Positions 1-10,245 of a stretch of 64,000 bases of DNA are shown here, one piece after another. Below the pieces are notes generated by a model, which saw only the letters and a program-made list of their open reading frames with translations, had not been told where the DNA came from and searched no databases. Source of the DNA: a candidate division WOR-3 bacterium. GTDB taxonomy: Bacteria; SDB-A. The DNA is taken from positions 41,503-105,502 of the forward strand of contig JAFGSQ010000024.1 of assembly GCA_016934535.1 (NCBI GenBank), written 5' to 3'. How positions within the stretch are numbered: position 1 is the stretch's first letter; each line of letters begins with the position of its first letter. The position numbers and the translations under genes were made by a program.

Positions 1-1170
1 CCATGAAGATCCGGAAGCCGGTATTGTGTCGTTTCCGTAATTAAACCAGGCCGGAGCTGTAAATGCCTGAAGCCTTAGTGTTATCGAGTCGTTGCCGGGG
101 GTCATGTCGCCGGTCAAATAAGTTCTGACCTGAACCCGGTAAGTAGTGTCTATATCGGGAAGGAGGAAAGAATCAAAATTACAGACAAAAACATCGCTGG
201 GATTGAGAGTGGTCGTTACGGCAACCGTGTCAGCGAACAGAATTGTCGCTCCGGTTTTATTATATATTCTCAGTATAGCGTTGAAGTTTGTTTCAGGCTG
301 ATTACCGTAGTTTGTAATCTCTGCCACAGGATAATATACAGAACCCCTGTCCCTGAAAATACCGCCTGTTATGGGATTGTCTATGTACGAAATACCTACA
401 TCGTGAATCTGAAGGGTAGTTGATTCCGGCGGTATATAGGCGACTGCCATTCCATCTACAGGTCTGGCAGCGCCGGCACCTGCTGCACCGTCGCGGAAAT
501 ACTGAAGACCTATTGTTCCTGTGTTATTTTCTATACCAGCCATATCGTGTTCTGAGCCTGAATGGTTGTAAGTTCCATTCTGCGGTCCGTACTGCATGGT
601 TATGCAACTGTCAGCTTTAGTCAGAATGACCTGGAAAGTGTGATAAGTACCGGGAACAGCCCATTCCTCAACACTGTCAAATGTGACTATGAATGTATCC
701 AATGTCGCAGATGTATAATGGTAAACCGAAGGTGATCCGACTCCCGGAGAATGATCAAGGTCTCCGGTGAATATTGCCAAAAGATCGTTCGGAGGTGTAC
801 TCAAGGGTATATTGTGAAAAGGATCAGCAAGGTTCGCGTTGCTTGAAAATGACAGGTAACCATTTGAACCTATGTATACATGATCAACTGTGTACCAATA
901 GTAGGGAAAATCAAAACCGATCGGAAAAGGCCCTACTACATTGTCGTCCATAAGACCCGTCACTAAAGTCCCTGACGTCGATATGTCAATCCAGTTGTAA
1001 GTCGGACCGCCCGGGTCTCCGGATTTGACGTATACATATCCGTAAGCATCAGGCGTTCCCGAATCGGGAGAGAGGAAACTGACTCCAGAGCTCAGATTAC
1101 TCCCCGTCCACGGCATTGCCGTGATTGCCGCTGCCGCGAAAATTGCGACGACGAATAACATTTTCTTCAT
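1..1170 (-). CDS. Secreted/surface protein, partial (runs off the window start); probable T9SS-type cargo
   Basis: Not in the ORF track. I translated it by hand: ATG at 1170 behind an AGGAG RBS, signal peptide MKKMLFVVAIFAAAAITA, then PDAYGY..GGPTYNWIDIS..GPFPIGFDFPYY..IGSNGYLSF (nidogen-like beta domain) and HDVGISYI..EITNYGNQPE (CARDB/Ig-like). Frame is open for 390 codons to position 1. Confidence 0.85.
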   Translation of the reverse strand, partial: MKKMLFVVAIFAAAAITAMPWTGSNLSSGVSFLSPDSGTPDAYGYVYVKSGDPGGPTYNWIDISTSGTLVTGLMDDNVVGPFPIGFDFPYYWYTVDHVYIGSNGYLSFSSNANLADPFHNIPLSTPPNDLLAIFTGDLDHSPGVGSPSVYHYTSATLDTFIVTFDSVEEWAVPGTYHTFQVILTKADSCITMQYGPQNGTYNHSGSEHDMAGIENNTGTIGLQYFRDGAAGAGAARPVDGMAVAYIPPESTTLQIHDVGISYIDNPITGGIFRDRGSVYYPVAEITNYGNQPETNFNAILRIYNKTGATILFADTVAVTTTLNPSDVFVCNFDSFLLPDIDTTYRVQVRTYLTGDMTPGNDSITLRLQAFTAPAWFNYGNDTIPASGSSW

Positions 1171-1207
1171 AGCGCACTCCTTTCCTTATTTTTAAGGATA
1201 AAAGAAT

Positions 1208-1236
1208 ATTAAATACAATAGGTTTATATATGTCAA
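1208..1236 (-). promoter_or_regulatory. Sigma70-like promoter for the 1..1170 gene
   Basis: Minus-strand TTGACA (1236-1231), 17 nt spacer, TTTAAT (1213-1208) in an AT-rich intergenic region. Confidence 0.6.
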
Positions 1237-1293
1237 GGAAGTTATATTATTAACTAAAAAATTTTATTTAATTCATAATTATATATGATGTTT

Positions 1294-2511
1294 TCACGTC
1301 TTCAGTTCTTTCTTCTTGGCGGCAGGGAATAGGACGTTGTTGAGAATAAGCCTGTAGCCGGGCGAGTTCGGAAAAAAAGAGAGATTCGTCGGGGGATCGC
1401 CGACGTAGTGAGTGAAATCCTCGGGGTCGTGACCTCCGAGATATGCGAAACTGCCCTGTCCTATGTTGCCGCAGAGATATTTTATCTCGTCGGCGCCCGG
1501 CACGTCGCCGAGAACGGTTATCTCTGATCTGACACATGAACGCCTGAATCCGGTGCATTGACCGAGAAACTCCCTGACTGTCCCGACGTGATTCTGGACG
1601 AGCATCGTCGGAACGGGGTCCTCCTTCGCGCTGAATTCGTAGAGGGCGAAAAACACATCTTCTCCGCGCAAATGAGCCTCCTGCGAGACGTCTATCGTCG
1701 AATGTTCGTACACGTTCGGATCAGTGATTATCTCAAAACAGGTGAATGCCGGGGAGCTCGAAGTGTCCGGCGCCAGCGTTCCGACGGGATCTCCGTCGAA
1801 AGGCTCGGCTACAATGTCCCTGCCGTATGCGGCCAAAGCTATTTCCCACGTGTCCGTAGCCGAGCACATCGCGAACAGATAGCCTCCGTTTTCGACGTAC
1901 TCGTAAAGCTTTCTTGCGACTTCGTGCTTGAGTTCCCAGACCTTGGAGAATCCGAGAATCCGGGCCGTCTCTTCGTTGAGTCTGACCTGATCCATGTACC
2001 ACTCGTTGTTTCTGTACGAAGCCCAGAACTTTCCGTACTGACCCGTAAAATCCTCGTGGTGAAGATGGACCCATTCGTAATCGGAAAGCTTTCCTTCGAT
2101 CACTTCAGCGTCCCATATTCTGTCGTAACGGATACCTGCATAGTCGAGCGCGAGGACGACCGCGTCGTCCCATGGCTGTGCCGTCGGAGTCTGATAAACG
2201 GCTACTTTTGGAGCTTTAAGCAGGAGGACGACGTCGGCGTTCGTGCTCTGGATTTCGGATTTAATAAGGGCTTCTTTCTCCGGTGAAATAACCGTGTACA
2301 CTACTCCGGAAAGTTTGAGGTCGTCTTCAATTCCCGGATTGTCCTCCAATATGAAACTTCCTCCCCTGTAATTTATCAGCCATTCGACTTCCAGTCCCAC
2401 CTCCAGTGACCTGTACGCGACGCCGTAAGCTTTAAGGTGGTTGGTCTGAGCCATATCCATCGGAACAAAAATCCTCGAAGAAAGCGCCAAAAATAAAATT
2501 CCCGCGGTCAA
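1294..2511 (-). CDS. Exported class I glutamine-amidotransferase-like protein (family often labelled 'asparagine synthetase B')
   Basis: Motifs PMDxxQTNHLKAYG, WDDAVxLALDYA, WVHLHHEDFTGQYGKFW, GGYLFAMCSATD (nucleophile-elbow Cys) and NSPGYRLILNNVLFPAA. Start moved to TTG 2511, which has a GGAG RBS and overlaps the cca stop. Confidence 0.7.
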   Translation of the reverse strand: MTAGILFLALSSRIFVPMDMAQTNHLKAYGVAYRSLEVGLEVEWLINYRGGSFILEDNPGIEDDLKLSGVVYTVISPEKEALIKSEIQSTNADVVLLLKAPKVAVYQTPTAQPWDDAVVLALDYAGIRYDRIWDAEVIEGKLSDYEWVHLHHEDFTGQYGKFWASYRNNEWYMDQVRLNEETARILGFSKVWELKHEVARKLYEYVENGGYLFAMCSATDTWEIALAAYGRDIVAEPFDGDPVGTLAPDTSSSPAFTCFEIITDPNVYEHSTIDVSQEAHLRGEDVFFALYEFSAKEDPVPTMLVQNHVGTVREFLGQCTGFRRSCVRSEITVLGDVPGADEIKYLCGNIGQGSFAYLGGHDPEDFTHYVGDPPTNLSFFPNSPGYRLILNNVLFPAAKKKELKT

Positions 2512-3926
2512 ATCTGTTTCTCCGTTTCTTCTTCTAAAAGTTTCCGCGCAAATTTCAAGCCGTCTTCGAGGCAATCGAAATCCCCGTCGAGCTGAGCTTC
2601 GTAAATCCTGGACAAAATTTTTCCCATAAAAGGCGTGGATGCGACACCGAGTTCAAGAAGATGCCTTCCCATTACTATGGGTTTGAGCTGTTCACTGTCA
2701 ATCTTCATTTCCTCGACAGTATTCTCGAGCCACGATATTTCTTCCGAAACCCCCAAAACCTGGCCTCTTCCGTATTTGTCGGCAAGAAAAAGGGGCTTCA
2801 TCAGATCGAGCTCTGTCTGACTCATCAGCCGTCTCAAAGCGCCTTTTGTCACAATATCACGAGATTTCCACAAGTCGTATATCCTGTGGTGCGACATGAC
2901 CAGAGACGAAACCCGTTCCGTGACCGATTTTGGAGCCCTCCATCTGTTGAGGACATCTCTGGCTATTCTGGCCCCGAGGGGCTGGTGTCCGGGAGAGATA
3001 ATTCTGCCGGTTTTTTTACCCTCTTCAGCCTGTCTGGAAGTTACGGTCTTTCCTATGTCGTGAAAAAGAACGGCGAGCATCAGCACCAGCTTGTCTTCGT
3101 CTGATTTTATGTTTTTCCTCAACGTGGCCGCGACGTCGAGTGAAAGAACCGTGTGAATAAAAACACTCCCTTCGGGGTGCCACAAAATGTCCTGCGCACA
3201 TTCCACCATCGAAGTGAGTTCAGGCTCCCGGGAAAGAAGAAAAAGCGAGTGTGCGGTCAAAAGCCCTCTGCCCGGAAAATCGGCCTCTATTAACATTTTC
3301 TTTATCTCTCCGAACACCCTCTCTGCCGGCAGGTTAGATACATCAATCCTTCTGCAAAGCTCCATGGTTCCGGTTTCTATGGGAAAACCGAGCGTAGCCG
3401 TAAACCTCATAGCCCTGTATGCCCTCAAAGGGTCCTCGGCAAAATGCTTTGGGTCGCAGGCGCGCAGAATCCCGTTTCTGATGTCCCTGACTCCTCCAAG
3501 CGGATCTATTATCTCGCAAGTCAGAGGGTCTTTCAGAATGCTGTTTACGGTGAAGTCTCTTCTTCTGCAGGCTTCAGGAAAAGACATCCCGGGAGCGATT
3601 TCCACTTCAAATTCCTTGTGCCCTTTTCCAATGCTTCTGTCTTTTCTCGGCAAAGATATTTCAAGTGTGCCGGTTCTGTAAACAGCGAAAGATTTTCCCG
3701 TAAGGTCCACTTTTCCGAATTTCCTCATAATTTTCTCGAGCTCGTCCGCCTTGAGTCCGTAAACTTCGGCGTCCATCTCGTAGTTTTTCCTTTTCAGACC
3801 CAAAATAGAATCCCTTACAGTTCCTCCGACTTCGAAAAGCCTTCCTCCGGAAGCTTTGACTTCCCGAGAGATATTTTTTAGCAAAACCTCGTTTTCCTGG
3901 ATATTACAAGTCAAAAAAACCCTCAC
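2508..3926 (-). CDS. cca: CCA-adding tRNA nucleotidyltransferase with HD domain
   Basis: VGGTVRD, DAEV, RRRDFTVNSI, EDPLRAYRAMRF, WHPEGSVFIHT and LFHDIGK motifs. Confidence 0.9.
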   Translation of the reverse strand: MRVFLTCNIQENEVLLKNISREVKASGGRLFEVGGTVRDSILGLKRKNYEMDAEVYGLKADELEKIMRKFGKVDLTGKSFAVYRTGTLEISLPRKDRSIGKGHKEFEVEIAPGMSFPEACRRRDFTVNSILKDPLTCEIIDPLGGVRDIRNGILRACDPKHFAEDPLRAYRAMRFTATLGFPIETGTMELCRRIDVSNLPAERVFGEIKKMLIEADFPGRGLLTAHSLFLLSREPELTSMVECAQDILWHPEGSVFIHTVLSLDVAATLRKNIKSDEDKLVLMLAVLFHDIGKTVTSRQAEEGKKTGRIISPGHQPLGARIARDVLNRWRAPKSVTERVSSLVMSHHRIYDLWKSRDIVTKGALRRLMSQTELDLMKPLFLADKYGRGQVLGVSEEISWLENTVEEMKIDSEQLKPIVMGRHLLELGVASTPFMGKILSRIYEAQLDGDFDCLEDGLKFARKLLEEETEKQI

Positions 3927-4209
3927 CTTCCGGACACGAACAGGGATTCCCGCCGCAGGAAGGACACTTGCCTAAATATTTTCCGGCGGCTTTCTCTACG
4001 TCCACTCCTGCGAGATTAGCGCAGGTCATCATCCAAGCCAGCACGTCGGCGAATTCGTTTTCGCAGTCCACCAGTTTTTTCTTTCTCAGCGCCTGTGCCA
4101 ACTCTCCGACCTCTTCGACGAAATGGTTGAAGCTCTTTGAAAAACCGCGCCTTTCGTCTCTTTCACCGAAAAGATCTTTTATATTTTTCTGAAATTCCTT
4201 CACAGTCAT
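3904..4209 (-). CDS. MazG-like nucleotide pyrophosphohydrolase
   Basis: EEVGELAQA and ENEFADVLAW motifs; Cys-rich C-terminal tail CPSCGGNPCSCP. Confidence 0.85.
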   Translation of the reverse strand: MTVKEFQKNIKDLFGERDERRGFSKSFNHFVEEVGELAQALRKKKLVDCENEFADVLAWMMTCANLAGVDVEKAAGKYLGKCPSCGGNPCSCPEGEGFFDL

Positions 4210-4325
4210 TTTATTCCCTTGTTTATTGCCATGTTGATAACTTTTCCCCTTGATTGCTTGAAAAATATATTATATCTCTTTACACAAAGCGAAAAAGGAT
4301 TTTTTATTCGACGTAAAATCTTAAT

Positions 4326-5195
4326 ATGAAAAAATCAATCAAAGAAATTCTTTTCCAGATCTTCCTGACGCGCGAAGCCTGGATATTCTGGGCATCAACT
4401 TACATAATCCTCGTCCTGATGTACAGATCCGCTCCATACTGGAGCTCTCTCGTTCTCAATTACACTTATTCGACTTTCCTTTTTCTCCTTCTGCCTTTGG
4501 CAGTGGCCTCTTTCCCGGAAAAGAAAAACTTCGGAAACATCCTTTTCTGGACAGCCGCCATGACGGCCGCAATTGTTCCGCTTGCCTCAGGCGATCTTCT
4601 GCCTGAACTGAGACAGCGGCTTTTCCCGCCTTATTCGCCTCTTACAGGCCCTTTGTATCCCTTTATAACAGGCGTTTTTGTGACGGTGCCCCCCGCATTG
4701 GTGATTTTTTTCTACTGCAGGCACACAGGATTCAGTCTGCGATCTCTGGGTCTCGGTATAGGAAAATGGAAATTCTGGCTTCCGCTTATACTGTCGCTGA
4801 CCGCACTCATGACGCCCGTTCTTTTTTATTTCTCCAAAAAACCCGACTTCATAACCACTTATCCCCTGTTCAGGCACATGATAAAAACCACCGCGGATTT
4901 CTGGTCGGTTGACCTGACGTGGTTTTATTATCTGTACGTTTGGGAATTCTTTTTCAGGGGTTTTATGCTGTTTTCTCTCGCCAAAAAAATGGGACCGGTG
5001 CGCGCTATTTTCGTCCAGGCCGTAATTTTTTCCTTCGCCCATCTTGGAAAACCTGAAATAGAAGTATATTCCTCGATGATAGGCGGCGTGCTTGTCGGCG
5101 CTCTTTCCTATCTTTCGTGTTCGGTTCTTCCCGGCGCCCTCATACATTGGCTGATAGCGCTGATTATGGACATATTCGTGTTTTTCCTCAACTGA
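4326..5195 (+). CDS. CPBP/CAAX-family intramembrane metalloprotease
   Basis: Multi-TM protein with WEFFFRG, FSFAH and IHW motifs. Confidence 0.85.
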   Translation: MKKSIKEILFQIFLTREAWIFWASTYIILVLMYRSAPYWSSLVLNYTYSTFLFLLLPLAVASFPEKKNFGNILFWTAAMTAAIVPLASGDLLPELRQRLFPPYSPLTGPLYPFITGVFVTVPPALVIFFYCRHTGFSLRSLGLGIGKWKFWLPLILSLTALMTPVLFYFSKKPDFITTYPLFRHMIKTTADFWSVDLTWFYYLYVWEFFFRGFMLFSLAKKMGPVRAIFVQAVIFSFAHLGKPEIEVYSSMIGGVLVGALSYLSCSVLPGALIHWLIALIMDIFVFFLN

Positions 5196-5204
5196 ACACC
5201 TTGT

Positions 5205-5233
5205 TTGATAATATGATGAATAAGTGATATAAA
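5205..5233 (+). promoter_or_regulatory. Sigma70-like promoter with extended -10
   Basis: TTGATA (5205-5210), 17 nt spacer, TG-a-TATAAA (5228-5233), upstream of the AAGGAG RBS of 5253. Confidence 0.55.
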
Positions 5234-5252
5234 CTGACAAAAAGGAGAAGAA

Positions 5253-5654
5253 ATGATTGAATACGCGATATCGTCTAACGCCGAGGAAATCCTCGCCATG
5301 CTGGAAAGATTCGTAAAAGAGCACAATTTTGTCGAAGGAATGACAATTGCCGACAAAGACGGCCTGTCTATTGTGAGCTATTTTCACACAGAATCGCAGG
5401 AAGAGATCCTCGCGGCCATTTCTCCGGTCATCATAAAAGATCTTTCATCCCTGCCCTTGGGAGAAATAAGGTATTTCATCGCGATGGGCAAGGACGCTTT
5501 TGCAGTAGTCAAACCCCTTGACACTCAGACTTTCCTTTCAATGTTCTCCCAGCTCGATGTCTGGAACGGTCTCATGGGACAGAAGGACATAATAACGGAT
5601 TTTGAAATTCTCACGGCCCAGCTCATGAGAATGGGGTATAAAAATGAAATATAA
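5253..5654 (+). CDS. Roadblock/LC7 (MglB-like) domain protein
   Basis: About 130 aa with VEGMTIADKDGLSIVS..EEILAAISP roadblock pattern; strong RBS. Confidence 0.75.
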   Translation: MIEYAISSNAEEILAMLERFVKEHNFVEGMTIADKDGLSIVSYFHTESQEEILAAISPVIIKDLSSLPLGEIRYFIAMGKDAFAVVKPLDTQTFLSMFSQLDVWNGLMGQKDIITDFEILTAQLMRMGYKNEI

Positions 5655-8496
5655 ATATCCGGCGCCGAAAATATTTTTCGTATTTTTACCGCTTCTCTTT
5701 ATACACATCCCTATTCACTCTCAGTATTTCGGACAGAATAAACTTCAGTACAGGAGCTTCGACTGGAAAGTCACCGAGACCGAACATTTCAGGATATTCT
5801 ACTATCAGGGCATGGATGAAATAGCCGATTTCGCCTGCCAGGTGTCCGAAGACGCTTATTCAGACATGTCCGTGAATTTCGATCACGATTTCAGCGTCAA
5901 AATACCTGTTCTGATATACAGAAGCCCCAACGATTTTTCACAGACCAACGTCATTCTCGATCTGATATCGGAATCGGTCGGCGGATTCACCGAATTTCTC
6001 AAAAACAGAGTCGTCGTTCCTTTTAACGGATCTTTCTCGGATTTCAGGCACGTACTCACGCACGAGATAACCCACGCCTTTCAAAACGACGTACTCTACG
6101 GCCACACCAACATATTCATGAAAATATATTCCATGGACGTACCGCTGTGGTGGTTCGAGGGCTCGGCTGAATTTGAATCCAGCGGATGGAATTCCGAATC
6201 GTACATGTACTTGAGAGACCTCGTCTTCTCCAACAAACTCGTCAGCCTTTTCGATCTTGATTATTACGGCGGATACATAATATACAAAGAAGGGCAGTCC
6301 GTCATGTATTTCATAGCCCAGAAATACGGAAGACAGAAAATCGGAGAAATATTTCACAACATAAAAGTCACGGGCTCTCTCAGAAGAGCCATACAAAAAA
6401 CTCTGAACATAGACTACGAAACGTTCAATGAAGAATGGACAAAATTCCTTTATTCGCTGTACTGGCCCCATTACAACTCCTACGCTGAAATTGACGATTA
6501 TTCAGTGAGACTTACCGACACCAAAAAACAGTCTAATTACATTAACCTCTCTCCCGTAATTTCCCCCGACGGCCTGGACGTCGTCTTCATCAGCGACGCA
6601 GGAGTTTATCTGGACATACTGAAAATGTCTGCTCTGACAGGCAAAGTGGAAAAAAAACTCGTCGGAGGGCAGAGAACGCCTCAATTCGAAGGTCTTCACA
6701 TTCTGACAAGCCACGCTTCCTGGTCGCCTGACGGAAGCAGGATTATTCTCTCCTCACTGAGCGAAGGAAGAGATCTTTTCTGGATCATTGACGCGGAATC
6801 GGGACAAAGGATAAAGAAACTCGATTTCGACCTCGACATCGCGCGATCTCCTTACTGGTCTTACCAGAACATAATTTATTTCGTCGGCACCGTTAACGGA
6901 AAAACAGACATATACTCGACGGACCCGGAAGGCGTCCTTCTGCACAAGCTGACAGACGACATTTTTGACGACAAGGATCCCTTTGCCTCGAATGACGGAA
7001 AATACCTCTACTGGTGCAGTGACAGGAATGAGAACGATTCATGGGAATATGGCGATTACGCTGTATTCGAAATGGATCTCGAAAACGGAACTGTCAGGGA
7101 ACTGACCCCGCGCAATTCGTCAGTGTCAAATCCCTGCCTTTCTTCCTCTTCGGAAAACTCGCCTGCCAGATTGCTTTTTCTCGCATCCTACACGCCCGGC
7201 AACAACCTTTACTCATGCGATCTCGAAACCGGCGAGATAACTCAACTGACAAATCTTCCCGGAGAGATACAGAGTTTTTCTATGGACGCTAAATCAAGCA
7301 GGATGGTACTCAGCGTTTACACATCAGGCAAATGGGACATATTCACTTTACAAAATCCTCTCGAAACCCTCGAAAAACTGGAATTTTCTTTAGACAGCGC
7401 GGAGTTCATAGACGTCTATACCGAAGTCGACAGAACCCAAGACACTCTCCTTTGGAAGAAACCGGGTATTGAGATCAGCGCCGATTGGGGTCAGGCTTCG
7501 ATGGCGTATTCGAGTCTTTATGGATTCGCCGGTATTCTTACAATATACCTCAGCGATTTCATGGGAAATCACAGATTTTTGATTCAAACGGATCTCGCTC
7601 AGGACGTTCTGAAATCCAATTTCAATCTGATTTATTACTATCTGCCCAAAAGATGGGACGTCGGTTTTGGCGTCTATCAGCAAAGTTACGCCTACTGGTA
7701 CAAGGACGACACGATAAACGTAGACAAGTATCTGGGCGGAGAAATACTTTTTTTGTATCCGTTCAACAGATTTCAGAGATTCGATCTGATGATGGACGTC
7801 TATCAGATCGAGAGAAAACACTATTATTACGATTCTTTCCAGGCTGAAGCTTTTTTTTCAGGTGAGACTTCCGAGGTTTTTATCGCCCCTTCACTTTACT
7901 ACGTGTTCGACAACTCCCTCTGGGGCTACACGTCTCCTTTTCTCGGAACGAGAATGAGATTCGGAGGAGGAGTCGCACAGCGGATCTCGACCAATTCGAG
8001 ATATTACTGGGGAAGTTTTGACTTCAGAAAATACTGGCGCATAACCCCGAGAAGCAACCTGGCTTTCAGGCTCTATCTTTCCGGGATACGAGGAACAAAC
8101 CCGCCGAATCTTTATCTTGGCGGATACAACAACCTGAGAGGATACGATGTCAATGAATTAACCGGCTTCAACACCGGATTTGTTTCGATTGAAGCGCGTT
8201 TTCCGTTCGTTGATTATCTTGACGTGATCTTCCCCGTTCCATTGCTTTTAGGAGGACTCAGAGGCTGTCTTTTCATTGACGCCGGCGGAACGGCTGATTA
8301 CATAAAAGAATTCAACGTCTTTTCGGACGACCAGGAAAGAGGATTCGGCCTTGAGGACATGAAACTCGACATAGGATGGGGAATAAGGATGTTTTTTATG
8401 TCTGCAGTACTCAAGCTTGACTTCGCCATTCCCACTGACCTGCGTAATATAGACAACAGGACGAAGATACATTTTTCAATCGGAGAAGATTTCTGA
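5644..8496 (+). CDS. Omp85 (BamA/TamA)-family outer-membrane protein with N-terminal peptidase MA-like and PD40/TolB propeller domains
   Basis: Signal peptide; QYFGQNKLQY; HEITH plus WWFEGSAE zincin motif; PVISPDG and ASWSPDG propeller repeats; NLRGY, EARFP and KLDFA barrel motifs; ends with Phe. Confidence 0.85.
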   Translation: MKYKYPAPKIFFVFLPLLFIHIPIHSQYFGQNKLQYRSFDWKVTETEHFRIFYYQGMDEIADFACQVSEDAYSDMSVNFDHDFSVKIPVLIYRSPNDFSQTNVILDLISESVGGFTEFLKNRVVVPFNGSFSDFRHVLTHEITHAFQNDVLYGHTNIFMKIYSMDVPLWWFEGSAEFESSGWNSESYMYLRDLVFSNKLVSLFDLDYYGGYIIYKEGQSVMYFIAQKYGRQKIGEIFHNIKVTGSLRRAIQKTLNIDYETFNEEWTKFLYSLYWPHYNSYAEIDDYSVRLTDTKKQSNYINLSPVISPDGLDVVFISDAGVYLDILKMSALTGKVEKKLVGGQRTPQFEGLHILTSHASWSPDGSRIILSSLSEGRDLFWIIDAESGQRIKKLDFDLDIARSPYWSYQNIIYFVGTVNGKTDIYSTDPEGVLLHKLTDDIFDDKDPFASNDGKYLYWCSDRNENDSWEYGDYAVFEMDLENGTVRELTPRNSSVSNPCLSSSSENSPARLLFLASYTPGNNLYSCDLETGEITQLTNLPGEIQSFSMDAKSSRMVLSVYTSGKWDIFTLQNPLETLEKLEFSLDSAEFIDVYTEVDRTQDTLLWKKPGIEISADWGQASMAYSSLYGFAGILTIYLSDFMGNHRFLIQTDLAQDVLKSNFNLIYYYLPKRWDVGFGVYQQSYAYWYKDDTINVDKYLGGEILFLYPFNRFQRFDLMMDVYQIERKHYYYDSFQAEAFFSGETSEVFIAPSLYYVFDNSLWGYTSPFLGTRMRFGGGVAQRISTNSRYYWGSFDFRKYWRITPRSNLAFRLYLSGIRGTNPPNLYLGGYNNLRGYDVNELTGFNTGFVSIEARFPFVDYLDVIFPVPLLLGGLRGCLFIDAGGTADYIKEFNVFSDDQERGFGLEDMKLDIGWGIRMFFMSAVLKLDFAIPTDLRNIDNRTKIHFSIGEDF

Positions 8497-8501
8497 AACG
8501 G

Positions 8502-9434
8502 GTGTTTTTTAAAAATAAATCCCACTGGCTTTATCTCCTACCCGCTCTTTCTGTGCTCGTCGTGTTCAAGGTTTTTCCGATAGTCCTGTCATTCATCGTC
8601 AGCTTTTTCAAATGGAACATGGCGGGACCGAACGCGTTCATATTTTTAGGTAATTACGTTTCCGTTCTTACGGACTCTCTTTTCTGGCAGTCTTTCATCA
8701 ACACGGTTTACTATACTCTTTTCAGTCTTCCTTTTTCGATAGCTATTTCAATGCTTTTCGCCGTTTTATTAAATTCAGTTACGAGAGGCAGGGCATTTTT
8801 CCGCGTCGTCTATTACCTACCTGTCGTAACTTCCATAGTCGCCGTCTCAGTCATCTGGAAATGGATATATCATCCGAGAGTCGGGCTCATAAATTCTTTT
8901 CTCTCTATTTTCGGCATAACGGGTCCGGCCTGGCTCGGAGAATACAGGGGCATTTTCGAGATCGCGGCTGGACGGAACCTGCCTTATCTGATAAAAGGTC
9001 CTTCTCTCGCTCTTGTCAGCCTAGCCGCGATGTCCGTCTGGAAAAATCTGGGTTACGACGTTCTGATTTTTCTGACCGGGCTTCAGGGAATTCCACAGGC
9101 ATATTACGAAGCCGCGAGATTGGACGGAGCAGGCGCATGGCGCACTTTCAGGCACGTCACTCTGCCTCTTCTGTCTCCGACTACTTTTTACGTTTTCATA
9201 ATGTCCACGATCGGCTCTTTTCAGGTCTTCGCTCCCGTCTGGCTCATGACCGGGCCTCCCGCCGGAGGACCCCTGGACAGCACGAATGTAGTTGTTTTTT
9301 ATCTTTACGAAAAGGCTTTTCAATTTTTCAAATTCGGAGCGGCCAGCGCCACTGCGTTTATTTTGTTTTCTCTACTTCTCGTTCTGACGGCCGTTCAAAA
9401 AAAATATTCCGAAAGAAAGGTATTCTACGGTTAA
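8502..9434 (+). CDS. Carbohydrate ABC transporter permease 1
   Basis: EAA loop YYEAARLDGAGAWRTFRHVTLP; six TM segments. Confidence 0.9.
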   Translation: MFFKNKSHWLYLLPALSVLVVFKVFPIVLSFIVSFFKWNMAGPNAFIFLGNYVSVLTDSLFWQSFINTVYYTLFSLPFSIAISMLFAVLLNSVTRGRAFFRVVYYLPVVTSIVAVSVIWKWIYHPRVGLINSFLSIFGITGPAWLGEYRGIFEIAAGRNLPYLIKGPSLALVSLAAMSVWKNLGYDVLIFLTGLQGIPQAYYEAARLDGAGAWRTFRHVTLPLLSPTTFYVFIMSTIGSFQVFAPVWLMTGPPAGGPLDSTNVVVFYLYEKAFQFFKFGAASATAFILFSLLLVLTAVQKKYSERKVFYG

Positions 9435-9483
9435 AGCTAAAACCATTATCGTTTACACTGTTTTAGCCGCAGGGGCAGTTTCC

Positions 9484-10245
9484 ATGGTTCTGCCTTTTTA
9501 CTGGATGATAGTGACCGCTTTTAAAACACCTTCCGAAGCCATAACCGTCCCTCCGACATGGATCCCGTCGGAATTCACTCTCTCCAATTTCAGGGAAGCA
9601 TGGACCAAGGTCCCATGGATAAGGTATTTTTTCAACACCGCGCTCGTCGCATTCCTGATACTGGCGGGAAATCTTATCACGTCTGTCATGGCGGGATACG
9701 CATTTTCCAATTTTGAATTCAAGAGCAAGGAAAAAGTCTTTCTTCTTTTTCTGGCGACAATGATGATTCCCATGCCGGTTTACATAATTCCAGGCTACCT
9801 GATACTTACTTACATGAAGTGGATTGACACTTACGCCGCTCTCATCGTCCCCTGGACAGTCAGTGTATTCTCCGTCTTTCTGATACGCCAGCACATGAAG
9901 ACGATACCTTCAGAACTTTGGGACGCCGCGAGAATGGACGGCTGCGGAAGGTTCGGCTACCTGTGGAAAATAGTCGTTCCTCTTATCAAGCCGGCTTTGG
10001 CTACGGTTTCAATATTCTCCTTAGTCAGTTCATGGAACAGTTTCCTCTGGCCTCTCGTCGTTACCAATTCGAAAAATCTGCGCCCCATCCAGGTCGGACT
10101 GGCTTATTTCACACAAGAACAGAGCACCGACTACACTCTTCTTTCCGCCGCCGCGGCTTTCACGGCATTACCGCTGATAATACTTTTTTTGTTCGCTCAA
10201 AAACACATAATAAACAGTTTTACGAGATCCGGACTTAAAGAATGA
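9484..10245 (+). CDS. Carbohydrate ABC transporter permease 2 (true start probably upstream, near 9427)
   Basis: [13 protein letters not shown] loop and SWNSFLWPL. The frame stays open upstream through a hydrophobic helix to a stop at 9385. Confidence 0.9.
   Translation: MVLPFYWMIVTAFKTPSEAITVPPTWIPSEFTLSNFREAWTKVPWIRYFFNTALVAFLILAGNLITSVMAGYAFSNFEFKSKEKVFLLFLATMMIPMPVYIIPGYLILTYMKWIDTYAALIVPWTVSVFSVFLIRQHMKTIPSELWDAARMDGCGRFGYLWKIVVPLIKPALATVSIFSLVSSWNSFLWPLVVTNSKNLRPIQVGLAYFTQEQSTDYTLLSAAAAFTALPLIILFLFAQKHIINSFTRSGLKE

Noticed and set aside
1558-2286. Long alternative-frame or antisense ORFs (1558..2286 here; likewise 4587..5387, 5938..6471, 8861..9466, 18977..19579, 32897..33529, 47304..47861 and other short track ORFs)
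   Set aside because: They overlap genes with strong family motifs, lack RBS and recognisable domains, and are best explained as shadow ORFs.
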